DNA from: Psychrobacter cryohalolentis K5
Lineage (GTDB): Bacteria > Pseudomonadota > Gammaproteobacteria > Pseudomonadales > Moraxellaceae
Assembly (NCBI RefSeq): GCF_000013905.1
Contig: NC_007969.1
Span: forward strand, 3,000,001-3,032,000
DNA: 32,000 nt
Direction: 5' to 3'
This document shows, one piece after another, positions 9,277 to 17,183 of this stretch. The notes below the pieces were generated by a model, which had not been told where the DNA came from, made no database searches, and saw only the letters and a program-made list of their open reading frames with translations. The translations under genes were made by a program, and so were the position numbers. The first letter of the stretch is position 1. Each line of letters starts with the position of its first letter.

Positions 9277-11942
9277 TGGATAATAAAAATGTAGAAGACA
9301 CCTCATCGACTGATATTACTAATACCACCATGGCTAAAGAGTCAGACGCTAATGGCGGTATCGTACGCCAGCTATTGACGAGTACCCTTGGTTTACAAAA
9401 ATTAGGTTTACAAGGATTGGGTGCGCAAGCACTCAGCCGTAGCTGGTGGCAGCGCTGGATATATCCAGTATTATTTTTACTGACTTTGACGCTGTCACTT
9501 GCGACCTACCTCACACTGGACTCTATCCAGCAGTCAGTTGACACCTATATCAATGATAATCAGCGCGCTTTGGTCGGTGGCGATTTAATATTAAACAGTA
9601 AGCAAGATTGGCCAAGCGAAGTATTAACGCAGATTGATACCCTTGCCGACACACAAACGGTTTTTGACTATCAGTTTAGCGCGATGGTCGTCACTGATGA
9701 GCAGACTTTGCTTGCCAGCATAAAAGCAGTTTCCCAATCCTACCCATTATATGGTGACGTCGAGCTGGCATCAGGACAGTCCTTATGGCAGCAGCTTACA
9801 GCCAATAATATAGTGGTCGCCCCCGAAGTACTCAAAAGTTTAAACGCTGATATTGGTGACCAAATCACTATTGGTGATGCGCAATTCATCATTAGTGATG
9901 TGCTGACAAAAGAGCCTGACCGTCCGCTGAGCGCCTTTGGCTTTGGTGGGCGTATTTTGATGCCCCAGCAGGCATTAGAGGCAACCAATCTATTGGGACA
10001 GCGTAGCCGTATTAATTACCGTATTGAGCTGGCAGGTAATGCAGAATTGATGGCGACCCAGCGCGATAAACTGACGCAAATATTGACGAATTATCCTGAT
10101 ATCGAGCTCTCTGATGCAGAATCTGCGGACACCTCGGTATCGCGTATCTCTGATAATGTATTGATGTTTTTAAAGCTTTTGGTCATTGCCGTATTGTTAT
10201 TGTCCGCAGTGGCTATGTATGGCGTCATCACAGCATTTGTGACCAAGCAGCAGTCGAGCAATGCGATACGTTTGGCACTGGGTGAGCCCCTTAAGTCGCT
10301 AAAACGCAGCTACTATCAGCTCCTTATTATCACTGCCATCATCGCTTGTATCGCAGCAATTTTAGTCAGCTTTGGCTTACTCAAAGTCGGTCAGCCTTAT
10401 CTTGTGGCTATCTTGCCAACGGATGTCAGCTTGGCTATTAATCCTATTAGTGCCATCAAAACCACCGTCATAGCCTTGGTGCTTACGCTACTCATCGCCC
10501 AACGTGGCTTGAGCGCATTGAATACCACCAAACCTGCTACCTTGCTCAATCAAGGTGCAAGCTCAGCTGTGCAACACCTGCCTTGGTATAAACGCTTGCC
10601 GTTACTTTGGTATGGGTTGATGCTGGCTGGTCTATATGTGTTTTTTGTTTATGAAGTAGGTGGATGGTTATTTGGCGCGCAGTTATTAATCGGTTTAATT
10701 GGCTTTGTGAGTATATTTTGGCTATTGGCACGCGGCTGGCTGTGGTTACTGGCACGTATCGCAAGTAACGCTAAAATAGGCTGGATGCAGCGTATTGCGA
10801 TTCATAACCTTGCGCGTAAAGGCAACCAATCGGCATTATTTTTTGTCACCTTAGCACTATCGGTAGCCGTACTGACTCTCATTACAACACTTAATTACAG
10901 TATCAACGCCCAGTTTATTAACGCTTATCCTGAAGATGCACCCAATTTATTTTTGTTAGATATTCAGAGTAATCAGCATGATGAGATTGATAGCATTATT
11001 GGCGCACCAGTGAGCTACTACCCTGTTATACGCGCTCGAGTAGTGACTGCCAATAATATACCTGTGCAGGATATCGAGCCTGCTGATGGCTTTGATGACC
11101 CTGCACGTGTCTTTAATCTCAGCTATGCAGATACAGTAATGGACACTGAATTCATTACGGATGCTGTAGTAGACAATCAGCTGTATGCACCCATTAACAA
11201 TGAAAATAAAGACTCATCGTCAACCGTTGCGCCTTTATCTATTTTGGATACTGCTGCCAGCTTACTGAATGTCGGTATGGGTGATGAAGTGCGTTTTAAT
11301 ATCCAAGGGATTGAAATCGTCGGGCAGATTACCAGTATCCGCTCGCGTTTCGAGCAAGGACCCAGTCCTTATTTTTACTTTTTATTTGAGCCAGCTGTTC
11401 TCTCTGCTGCCCCGCAGATTCAATTTGCCACCGCCCATGTAAACGCTGATGATATTCCAGATCTGCAAGGAAAAATGGTACGACAATTCCCTGCGGTGAC
11501 GACGATAGACGGTACAGCTATCGCTCAGCAAATTCAAGAGCTTGTGGTGCAAATGAGCCGTTTGGTCTACGTCTTTACGCTACTCGCCTTACTGACTGGT
11601 GTCATGGTACTGATTAGCTCGTTATTATCCACCTCACAAGACCGTCTGCAAGAAAGCGCCTCATTTAGGCTGCTAGGGATGCAAAAACGCGACTTGTATA
11701 TGCTAAACATACTAGAGCTTGGGGTATTGGGAATTAGTGCGGCGACATTTGCGATCATTATCGCCAGCGTGGGCGCATGGGCTGCCCTCACCCAATGGTT
11801 TAATCTACGCTTTAGTGTGCCATGGGCAAGCCTGAGTATTGGTAGTATGGCGTTAGTCGTATTGCTGTTTGCCATTGCCATTATTTATGTGAGACTGGTG
11901 ATTGGTCGCGGGATTATGGCGAGGGTAAGGGCGATGATCTAA
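9276..11942 (+). CDS. FtsX-family ABC transporter permease (YbbP-like, duplicated FtsX/MacB-type domains)
   Basis: 888-aa protein with two hydrophobic clusters, each following a large soluble domain. TAATG overlap with the ATPase gene at 9274-9278. Confidence 0.8.
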   Translation: MDNKNVEDTSSTDITNTTMAKESDANGGIVRQLLTSTLGLQKLGLQGLGAQALSRSWWQRWIYPVLFLLTLTLSLATYLTLDSIQQSVDTYINDNQRALVGGDLILNSKQDWPSEVLTQIDTLADTQTVFDYQFSAMVVTDEQTLLASIKAVSQSYPLYGDVELASGQSLWQQLTANNIVVAPEVLKSLNADIGDQITIGDAQFIISDVLTKEPDRPLSAFGFGGRILMPQQALEATNLLGQRSRINYRIELAGNAELMATQRDKLTQILTNYPDIELSDAESADTSVSRISDNVLMFLKLLVIAVLLLSAVAMYGVITAFVTKQQSSNAIRLALGEPLKSLKRSYYQLLIITAIIACIAAILVSFGLLKVGQPYLVAILPTDVSLAINPISAIKTTVIALVLTLLIAQRGLSALNTTKPATLLNQGASSAVQHLPWYKRLPLLWYGLMLAGLYVFFVYEVGGWLFGAQLLIGLIGFVSIFWLLARGWLWLLARIASNAKIGWMQRIAIHNLARKGNQSALFFVTLALSVAVLTLITTLNYSINAQFINAYPEDAPNLFLLDIQSNQHDEIDSIIGAPVSYYPVIRARVVTANNIPVQDIEPADGFDDPARVFNLSYADTVMDTEFITDAVVDNQLYAPINNENKDSSSTVAPLSILDTAASLLNVGMGDEVRFNIQGIEIVGQITSIRSRFEQGPSPYFYFLFEPAVLSAAPQIQFATAHVNADDIPDLQGKMVRQFPAVTTIDGTAIAQQIQELVVQMSRLVYVFTLLALLTGVMVLISSLLSTSQDRLQESASFRLLGMQKRDLYMLNILELGVLGISAATFAIIIASVGAWAALTQWFNLRFSVPWASLSIGSMALVVLLFAIAIIYVRLVIGRGIMARVRAMI

Positions 11943-11966
11943 GTATCTTCAGTTTTCGCTTCATAT

Positions 11967-11982
11967 AAAAAACCCTCTTAAT
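11967..11982. terminator. Left half of a bidirectional terminator split by the IS
   Basis: aaaaaaccctct+taat. With the IS removed it joins 13410-13421 to give aaaaaaccctct-taat-agagggtttttt. Confidence 0.6.
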
Positions 11983-12006
11983 TGAACTGACCCCCAAATG
12001 TTGGAC
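11983..12006. repeat. IS terminal inverted repeat (orfB-distal end)
   Basis: TGAACTGACCCCCAAATGTTGGAC compared with the reverse complement of the other end, TGAACCGACCCCCATAAGTTGGAC. Confidence 0.85.
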
Positions 12007-12014
12007 GGTTTAGT

Positions 12015-12818
12015 TTATATCAAGGACTGAGTTCTGTACTTAACAGGACTCAGTCCTTTTAGTTTGAGTTGAATTCTTTCATGATTATAGTAGTGAATAT
12101 ACTCATGAATCTGTTTCTCTAAACCTTCAATCGAATTAGGCTTTTCAATATAAATCGTCTCACACTTTAGGGTACCAAAGAACCCCTCCATGAGCGCATT
12201 ATCCAAACAGTTGCCTTTTCTGCTCATACTTTGCTTAATACCATGCTGTTTCAGCACCTGTCCAAACAGTCTCATTTGATAATGCCATCCTTGATCAGAG
12301 TGCAGCATTAACTTGTTATCACGGCACGCTTTCGTCTTTGCCAAAGCATCCTCTAGCATCTTGCCAACTAAGTCATAAGTGGGTCTCTTTGAGAGTGTAT
12401 AACTGACAATCTCATTGTTATAACAATCAAGTATGGGTGACAAATACAGCTTATCATCACCCACCTTAAACTCAGTAATATCGGTCAGCCAGCGCTTATT
12501 TGGTTTATCTGCATGAAACTGGCGTTTTAAATAGTTCTTCGCAATCTTACCTTGTTGTCCTTTATAGGAGCGATACTTCTGACGTCTTATCTTTGCGCTA
12601 AGCTTCATGTCATGCATAAGCTTAGCGATGAGCTTATGGTTATGATGACAATCTAGCTGCTTTAATGCAGCCGTGACTCTACGATAACCATACCTGCCTT
12701 TATGCTGATGGTAAAGCTCAGTAATACGCTGTTTTAAGTCTCCATATTTGTCTTTAACGTCAAACTGACACCTATGGTAGTAAAAGACACTTTTAGCCAT
12801 CTTAGCGATGTTTAGCAA
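12015..12818 (-). CDS. IS3-family transposase OrfB (DDE catalytic domain), probably made as an OrfAB fusion
   Basis: DDE triad context: WLTDITEF, LHSDQGWHY, DNALMEGFFGTLKCE. The orfB frame stays open upstream to the A5G run at 12863-12869, reading ...KKARLIEALRQEHPLSALLNIAKMAK. Confidence 0.9.
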   Translation of the reverse strand: MLNIAKMAKSVFYYHRCQFDVKDKYGDLKQRITELYHQHKGRYGYRRVTAALKQLDCHHNHKLIAKLMHDMKLSAKIRRQKYRSYKGQQGKIAKNYLKRQFHADKPNKRWLTDITEFKVGDDKLYLSPILDCYNNEIVSYTLSKRPTYDLVGKMLEDALAKTKACRDNKLMLHSDQGWHYQMRLFGQVLKQHGIKQSMSRKGNCLDNALMEGFFGTLKCETIYIEKPNSIEGLEKQIHEYIHYYNHERIQLKLKGLSPVKYRTQSLI

Positions 12819-12841
12819 AGCAGATAAAGGGTGCTCTTGTC

Positions 12842-13360
12842 TTAGTGCTTCGATGAGCCTTGCTTTTTGCCTGCTTGTTCCTCCGCTTTGAGCAAGGCAT
12901 CGAGCTTTTTTAGGTACGCAACCTCTGCACGTAGGTATTCATTCTCACGCTTAAGCTCTGCTAAGGTTTTCTCATCATCTGGTTTGCTTGTGATAAATGG
13001 CTTGGTCATGGCGGCTCTACCTTTAGGCTTGGTTATTAGTCCAGACATGCCTTGTTGTCGATATGCTTTGTGCCAGTGGCTAATTAAAGCAGGTGAGCTG
13101 ATATTAAATGTTAAAGCGACCTCGGATTGACTTAATCCTTGCGTCAGCATGGTCGTAATCACTTTGTATTTAAACCCACTGCTGTATTTAGCCTTACTTG
13201 TCTTTGGCTTGATCGCGTCTATACCACCGCTTTGATATTGCTTAACCCATTTTTGTACAAGTTTCGAATCTACTTTAAACTTCTCACTTGTGGCAAGTCC
13301 GGTATGTCCTTGCAGATAGTATGCGATGACTTGCATCTTAAAGTCTAGATCGTAACGCAT
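12842..13360 (-). CDS. IS3-family transposase OrfA (HTH DNA-binding plus leucine zipper)
   Basis: IS3 OrfA-like sequence (SQSEVALTFNISSPALISHW, then a heptad-rich C-terminus). I prefer ATG 13360 (MRYDLDF...) with a GGGGG RBS. The ORF-track ATG at 13387 lies inside the terminal hairpin and inverted repeat. Confidence 0.85.
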   Translation of the reverse strand: MRYDLDFKMQVIAYYLQGHTGLATSEKFKVDSKLVQKWVKQYQSGGIDAIKPKTSKAKYSSGFKYKVITTMLTQGLSQSEVALTFNISSPALISHWHKAYRQQGMSGLITKPKGRAAMTKPFITSKPDDEKTLAELKRENEYLRAEVAYLKKLDALLKAEEQAGKKQGSSKH

Positions 13361-13381
13361 AAAAATACCCCCATAAGTTGT

Positions 13382-13405
13382 GTCCAACTTATGGGGGTCG
13401 GTTCA
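13382..13405. repeat. IS terminal inverted repeat (orfA-proximal end)
   Basis: See the partner repeat at 11983-12006. Confidence 0.85.
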
Positions 13406-13421
13406 TAATAGAGGGTTTTTT
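13406..13421. terminator. Right half of the IS-split bidirectional terminator
   Basis: taat+agagggtttttt, complementary to 11967-11978. Confidence 0.6.
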
Positions 13422-13606
13422 AATCCGTTAATCTTTGCTAGTCTAGGCAGCGGCTATACTTCTTGCTCAAGTAGTCACACAGAAACTTAGCGACTGCAAC
13501 TTGCCTAACTCGTCAGGATAACCGCTGCTATCAGGGCTAAACTGTGACTCCAGCCAATAACCATTACAAAACTTAAAAGATTTTTTAAACAATAAAGTAT
13601 CTTGGT

Positions 13607-15055
13607 CTATGTAATAGCAAGATGCTCTGCATGACTTATAGCACCCTTAGTTATGTAATCTCTAAACTCATCTTCTGACATCTTATTATGTCTTCCATCA
13701 TAAGTACCTGATACGCGATTATAAATTGAACGTGTACTGAATATTACAAATGAACCGCTAACATACCTACATATACGGTTTGCAGATTCTGGTAAATATT
13801 CACCATTGTACTCATTCTCGTCCCAATGAATTCTATCAACATACAGTGTTGGTTCAACTTCAACGACCTCTTCATATGAGTAATTGAAATACAAATTTTC
13901 ATATACATCTGTATGTGGAGATATTTCAACCTCTAATCTAAAATAATTCCACTGGGAGTCCATACCGAAAGATTCATAAGTAAGCTTTTTGGGTTTTAAA
14001 ATGTAGTAGGACTTTGGACTTGTTTGTATAGCTATAAACCCTTCTTCGTTAGCCATACTTGCACCAATGAATGTATTACCTCCCCCATCAGGCAAGAACA
14101 TATGATTTAAATTTTCAACCTGCGCAATTTGATTTAATATAATTAAAATATCATTTTTATCGACCCAAGTTACCGATTTCGGTGCTCCAGCAGGAAATAT
14201 ACTACGTTGTAAATCAAACCATTCTGTCAAATTCCTCGAATGGAAGTCATTATTAATTTCTGTCCACTCTTTTAACCTTCTAACAACCTCTATCATTTTT
14301 GGTCGCTGGTTTGGTGAATCTTCTGTACATTCTGTTAATAGAACATCGAATGATTTAGAGTATAGTCCTCCATAGTAATTGCTCAGACCTACAGTTGATA
14401 GAACATTATACTGTCCATCAAAACATTTATTATTACCAGTGATTGTAATCCAAAGAGTTTTGGCAAACGAATATACATCTGCAAACTCACCGCTAGCTAC
14501 ACTTGCATTGCGTCTCATTTCTGGTGCCATAGTAAACTTAGGACCAACATCTGTTTTTTCTTCAGTAATATCTTTATTATTAGGGAATTTAACAAGCCCA
14601 AAGTCTGCCAAATACAACCTATCGTCTACAAACAAAATGTTTGCAGGTTTGATATCGCGATGATAATACCCTTTGTCATGTAGATTTTTTATGGTTTCAC
14701 CCAAATTAGTTAGTTCTTTAATAGCTTCTAAGATGCTTTTACCTTCTCTCCACTTACTAAATTTAGTCCCTACTGGCATTATAAAATAAGGTAGGTTTTT
14801 CTTAAAGTCTGTATTTAGGTCATACTCTGTTATCTTCATAACACCATCAATATTTTGACTATCTAGCAAAGAACTTACTTCTCTTTTGAATCTTAAATAC
14901 GGATTTTCTCTTAAGTACTGTAGCAATTTAATAGCACCCACTTTATTACCTTTTTTTGCAATCCACACTTCTGCACTTCCGCCAGCTCCTAGCTTTTCTT
15001 GTAAAACCCATCCTTTAACCATAGTATCTTTTTTATATTTCTTTTTAGCAGACAT
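13607..15055 (-). CDS. Hanks-type Ser/Thr protein kinase with an unassigned ~217-aa C-terminal domain
   Basis: G-loop LGAGGSAEV (aa 22-30), VAIK-type Lys in GAIK (K43), alpha-C Glu in RFKREV, catalytic loop HRDIKPANIL (aa 132-141, nt 14662-14633), DFG (151-153), APE (177-179), subdomain XI NQRP. GGAG RBS sits 8 nt upstream of the ATG. Base composition is AT-rich relative to the neighbours. Confidence 0.85.
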   Translation of the reverse strand: MSAKKKYKKDTMVKGWVLQEKLGAGGSAEVWIAKKGNKVGAIKLLQYLRENPYLRFKREVSSLLDSQNIDGVMKITEYDLNTDFKKNLPYFIMPVGTKFSKWREGKSILEAIKELTNLGETIKNLHDKGYYHRDIKPANILFVDDRLYLADFGLVKFPNNKDITEEKTDVGPKFTMAPEMRRNASVASGEFADVYSFAKTLWITITGNNKCFDGQYNVLSTVGLSNYYGGLYSKSFDVLLTECTEDSPNQRPKMIEVVRRLKEWTEINNDFHSRNLTEWFDLQRSIFPAGAPKSVTWVDKNDILIILNQIAQVENLNHMFLPDGGGNTFIGASMANEEGFIAIQTSPKSYYILKPKKLTYESFGMDSQWNYFRLEVEISPHTDVYENLYFNYSYEEVVEVEPTLYVDRIHWDENEYNGEYLPESANRICRYVSGSFVIFSTRSIYNRVSGTYDGRHNKMSEDEFRDYITKGAISHAEHLAIT

Positions 15056-15104
15056 TCAGCGCACTCCACTCTCTATAAAATTTAAATAAATAACATTTTT
15101 TAAA

Positions 15105-15110
15105 ATTATA
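15105..15110 (-). promoter_or_regulatory. Possible -10 box (TATAAT) for the kinase gene
   Basis: A perfect TATAAT on the minus strand lies about 45 nt upstream of the kinase ATG. No good -35 is visible. Confidence 0.3.
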
Positions 15111-15243
15111 AAGTAATCTTAATAAATCATGTTGGAGATTTCTTAGACTTAGCTCTCCTCACCCCAGTCATTTGCTATACTAGCCTAACTTTTATCAATC
15201 AAATTCCTTCTTACAAAATCCTCCAAAACAGTATGGTAGTCTT

Positions 15244-16578
15244 ATGAAATTCTCAAAGTTCGGTCAAAAATTTACCCAGCCCACTGGCATCTCACAATTA
15301 ATGGACGATCTAGGCGACGCGCTAAAAAGCGATCAGCCTGTAAATATGCTGGGCGGTGGTAACCCTGCCAAAATTGATGCCGTCAATGAGTTATTTTTGG
15401 AAACGTATAAAGCGCTTGGTAATGACAATGATGCGGGTGAGGCCAATAGTAGCGCTATCATCAGCATGGCGAATTACTCTAATCCACAAGGTGATTCGGC
15501 CTTTATCGATGCCTTGGTTGGCTTCTTTAACCGTCATTATGATTGGAATCTGACCTCAGAAAATATCGCGCTGACCAATGGCTCACAGAATGCATTTTTC
15601 TATCTATTCAACCTATTCGGTGGCGCTTTCATTGATGAACAGAGCCAGTCTTTAGACAAATCCATTCTACTGCCATTGACCCCTGAGTATATCGGCTATA
15701 GCGACGTGCATGTCGAAGGTCAGCATTTCGCAGCGGTACTACCGCATATCGATGAAGTGACGCATGATGGCGAGGAAGGTTTCTTTAAATATCGCGTCGA
15801 CTTTGAAGCGTTAGAGAACTTGCCAGCATTAAAGGAAGGTCGCATCGGCGCGATTTGCTGCTCACGCCCGACCAATCCTACTGGCAACGTGCTGACCGAT
15901 GACGAAATGGCGCATTTGGCCGAGATTGCCAAACAGTATGACATACCGCTGATTATCGATAACGCCTACGGTATGCCCTTCCCTAACATCATCTACTCTG
16001 ACGCGCATCTGAATTGGGATAACAATACGATTCTATGCTTTAGCCTGTCTAAAATTGGCCTGCCCGGTATGCGTACGGGGATTATCGTGGCCGATGCGAA
16101 AGTGATCGAAGCCGTCAGCGCGATGAATGCGGTGGTGAATCTAGCACCGACAAGATTTGGTGCAGCGATTGCCACGCCATTGGTAGAAAACGATCGTATC
16201 AAGCAATTAGCTGATAATGAGATTAAGCCGTTTTATCAAAAGCAGGTCACCCTTGCCGTGAAGCTGTTAAAAGAAGCATTGGGCGATTATCCATTGATGA
16301 TTCATAAGCCTGAAGGCGCGATTTTCCTATGGTTGTGGTTTAAAGACTTGCCGATTAGTACGCTTGAGCTGTACGAGCGCCTAAAAGAAAAAGGTACGCT
16401 TATTGTACCAAGCGAGTACTTCTTCCCCGGTGTCGATGTCAGCGATTATCAGCACGCACACGAGTGTATTCGTATGAGTATCGCTGCTGATGAGCAAACA
16501 CTGACTGATGGTATTAGAGCAATTGGTGAAGTAGTACGTGAGTTGTATGATGAAGCTAAAAATAACAAAGCATCATAA
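15244..16578 (+). CDS. avtA: Valine--pyruvate aminotransferase (PLP-dependent, class I)
   Basis: The N-terminus MKFSKFGQKFTQPTGISQLMDDLGDAL...MLGGGNPA is AvtA-like. PLP-Lys context FSLSKIGLPG. Confidence 0.85.
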   Translation: MKFSKFGQKFTQPTGISQLMDDLGDALKSDQPVNMLGGGNPAKIDAVNELFLETYKALGNDNDAGEANSSAIISMANYSNPQGDSAFIDALVGFFNRHYDWNLTSENIALTNGSQNAFFYLFNLFGGAFIDEQSQSLDKSILLPLTPEYIGYSDVHVEGQHFAAVLPHIDEVTHDGEEGFFKYRVDFEALENLPALKEGRIGAICCSRPTNPTGNVLTDDEMAHLAEIAKQYDIPLIIDNAYGMPFPNIIYSDAHLNWDNNTILCFSLSKIGLPGMRTGIIVADAKVIEAVSAMNAVVNLAPTRFGAAIATPLVENDRIKQLADNEIKPFYQKQVTLAVKLLKEALGDYPLMIHKPEGAIFLWLWFKDLPISTLELYERLKEKGTLIVPSEYFFPGVDVSDYQHAHECIRMSIAADEQTLTDGIRAIGEVVRELYDEAKNNKAS

Positions 16579-16605
16579 CTTCAATGATAAAAATAGTTCA
16601 ATAGT

Positions 16606-16637
16606 AAAAAACGGACTTATGAATAGTCCGTTTTTTT
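16606..16637. terminator. Bidirectional rho-independent terminator between avtA and the convergent membrane-protein gene
   Basis: aaaaa-acggact-tatgaat-agtccgt-ttttttt. Confidence 0.75.
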
Positions 16638-17009
16638 CTGCCTTTTAATCATAGGTTTGACTGTACTGATTGACTGAAAAATCTTCGTCCACATGGTAAG
16701 TCCATAAAGCACATACGACAGCATACAAGTATTGATAATATCGTGGATACTTGCCATCAGCTCTGCGCTTTCTATCCCTGCGAGACCTAGCTCGGTAATG
16801 GTCTGACGGTTATCCAAATACTCGCCTAATAAAGCAATACAGGTCACCATAATTAAAGCGATAAACGCTCTGATACTGTATTTTTTGAAAATTGGACGCA
16901 GCAAAATAACGCTCAATAGATAAACACTGATGCCCACATAAATATGTAGGGCATCTTTTTCTAATCCTGTGGCACTCACGACGCCGTTTTTAAAGAGATA
17001 AAAGTCCAC
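16617..17009 (-). CDS. Hypothetical small membrane protein (3-4 TM segments)
   Basis: 130-aa ORF with hydrophobic stretches. I recognise no family. Its stop lies inside the terminator loop. Confidence 0.5.
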   Translation of the reverse strand: MDFYLFKNGVVSATGLEKDALHIYVGISVYLLSVILLRPIFKKYSIRAFIALIMVTCIALLGEYLDNRQTITELGLAGIESAELMASIHDIINTCMLSYVLYGLTMWTKIFQSISTVKPMIKRQKKTDYS

Positions 17010-17060
17010 TATTTATTCCACATATAAGAGAGTAGGAAGTCATTAAGCTTAAAATAAGAA

Positions 17061-17093
17061 TAAAAAAGAGTTTGCGACCATGCAAACTCTTTT
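17061..17093 (-). terminator. Rho-independent terminator downstream of hisH
   Basis: The agagtttgc / gcaaactct stem with a 6-nt loop is followed by a T-run on the minus strand. Confidence 0.6.
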
Positions 17094-17183
17094 GCGCGAG
17101 AGCAAAGCAGTACTGTGCTCCTTCCTCGCTCAGATTGTGCCTTTGCCAACCTGACTGCGCAACCAAATATGTCATACTTATTC

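Larger units (their letters stand above)
11983..13405 (-). mobile_element. Complete IS3-family insertion sequence (1423 bp) with orfA/orfB and a 4-bp target duplication
   Basis: The ends are TG...CA. Terminal inverted repeats match at about 21 of 24 positions. TAAT flanks both ends (11979-11982 and 13406-13409). Two consecutive ORFs with HTH and DDE domains lie inside. Confidence 0.9.

Noticed and set aside
9330-9450. Short direct repeat ggtttacaa x2 (LGLQKLGLQGLG) at the 5' end of the permease gene
   Set aside because: It is an in-frame low-complexity duplication within an N-terminal extension and is too short to be meaningful.
13575-15130. Direct repeats flanking the kinase gene as att-like island borders (shared attttttaaa at about 13580 and about 15095)
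   Set aside because: A 10-bp match made only of A and T in AT-rich DNA is expected by chance. No recombinase is present.
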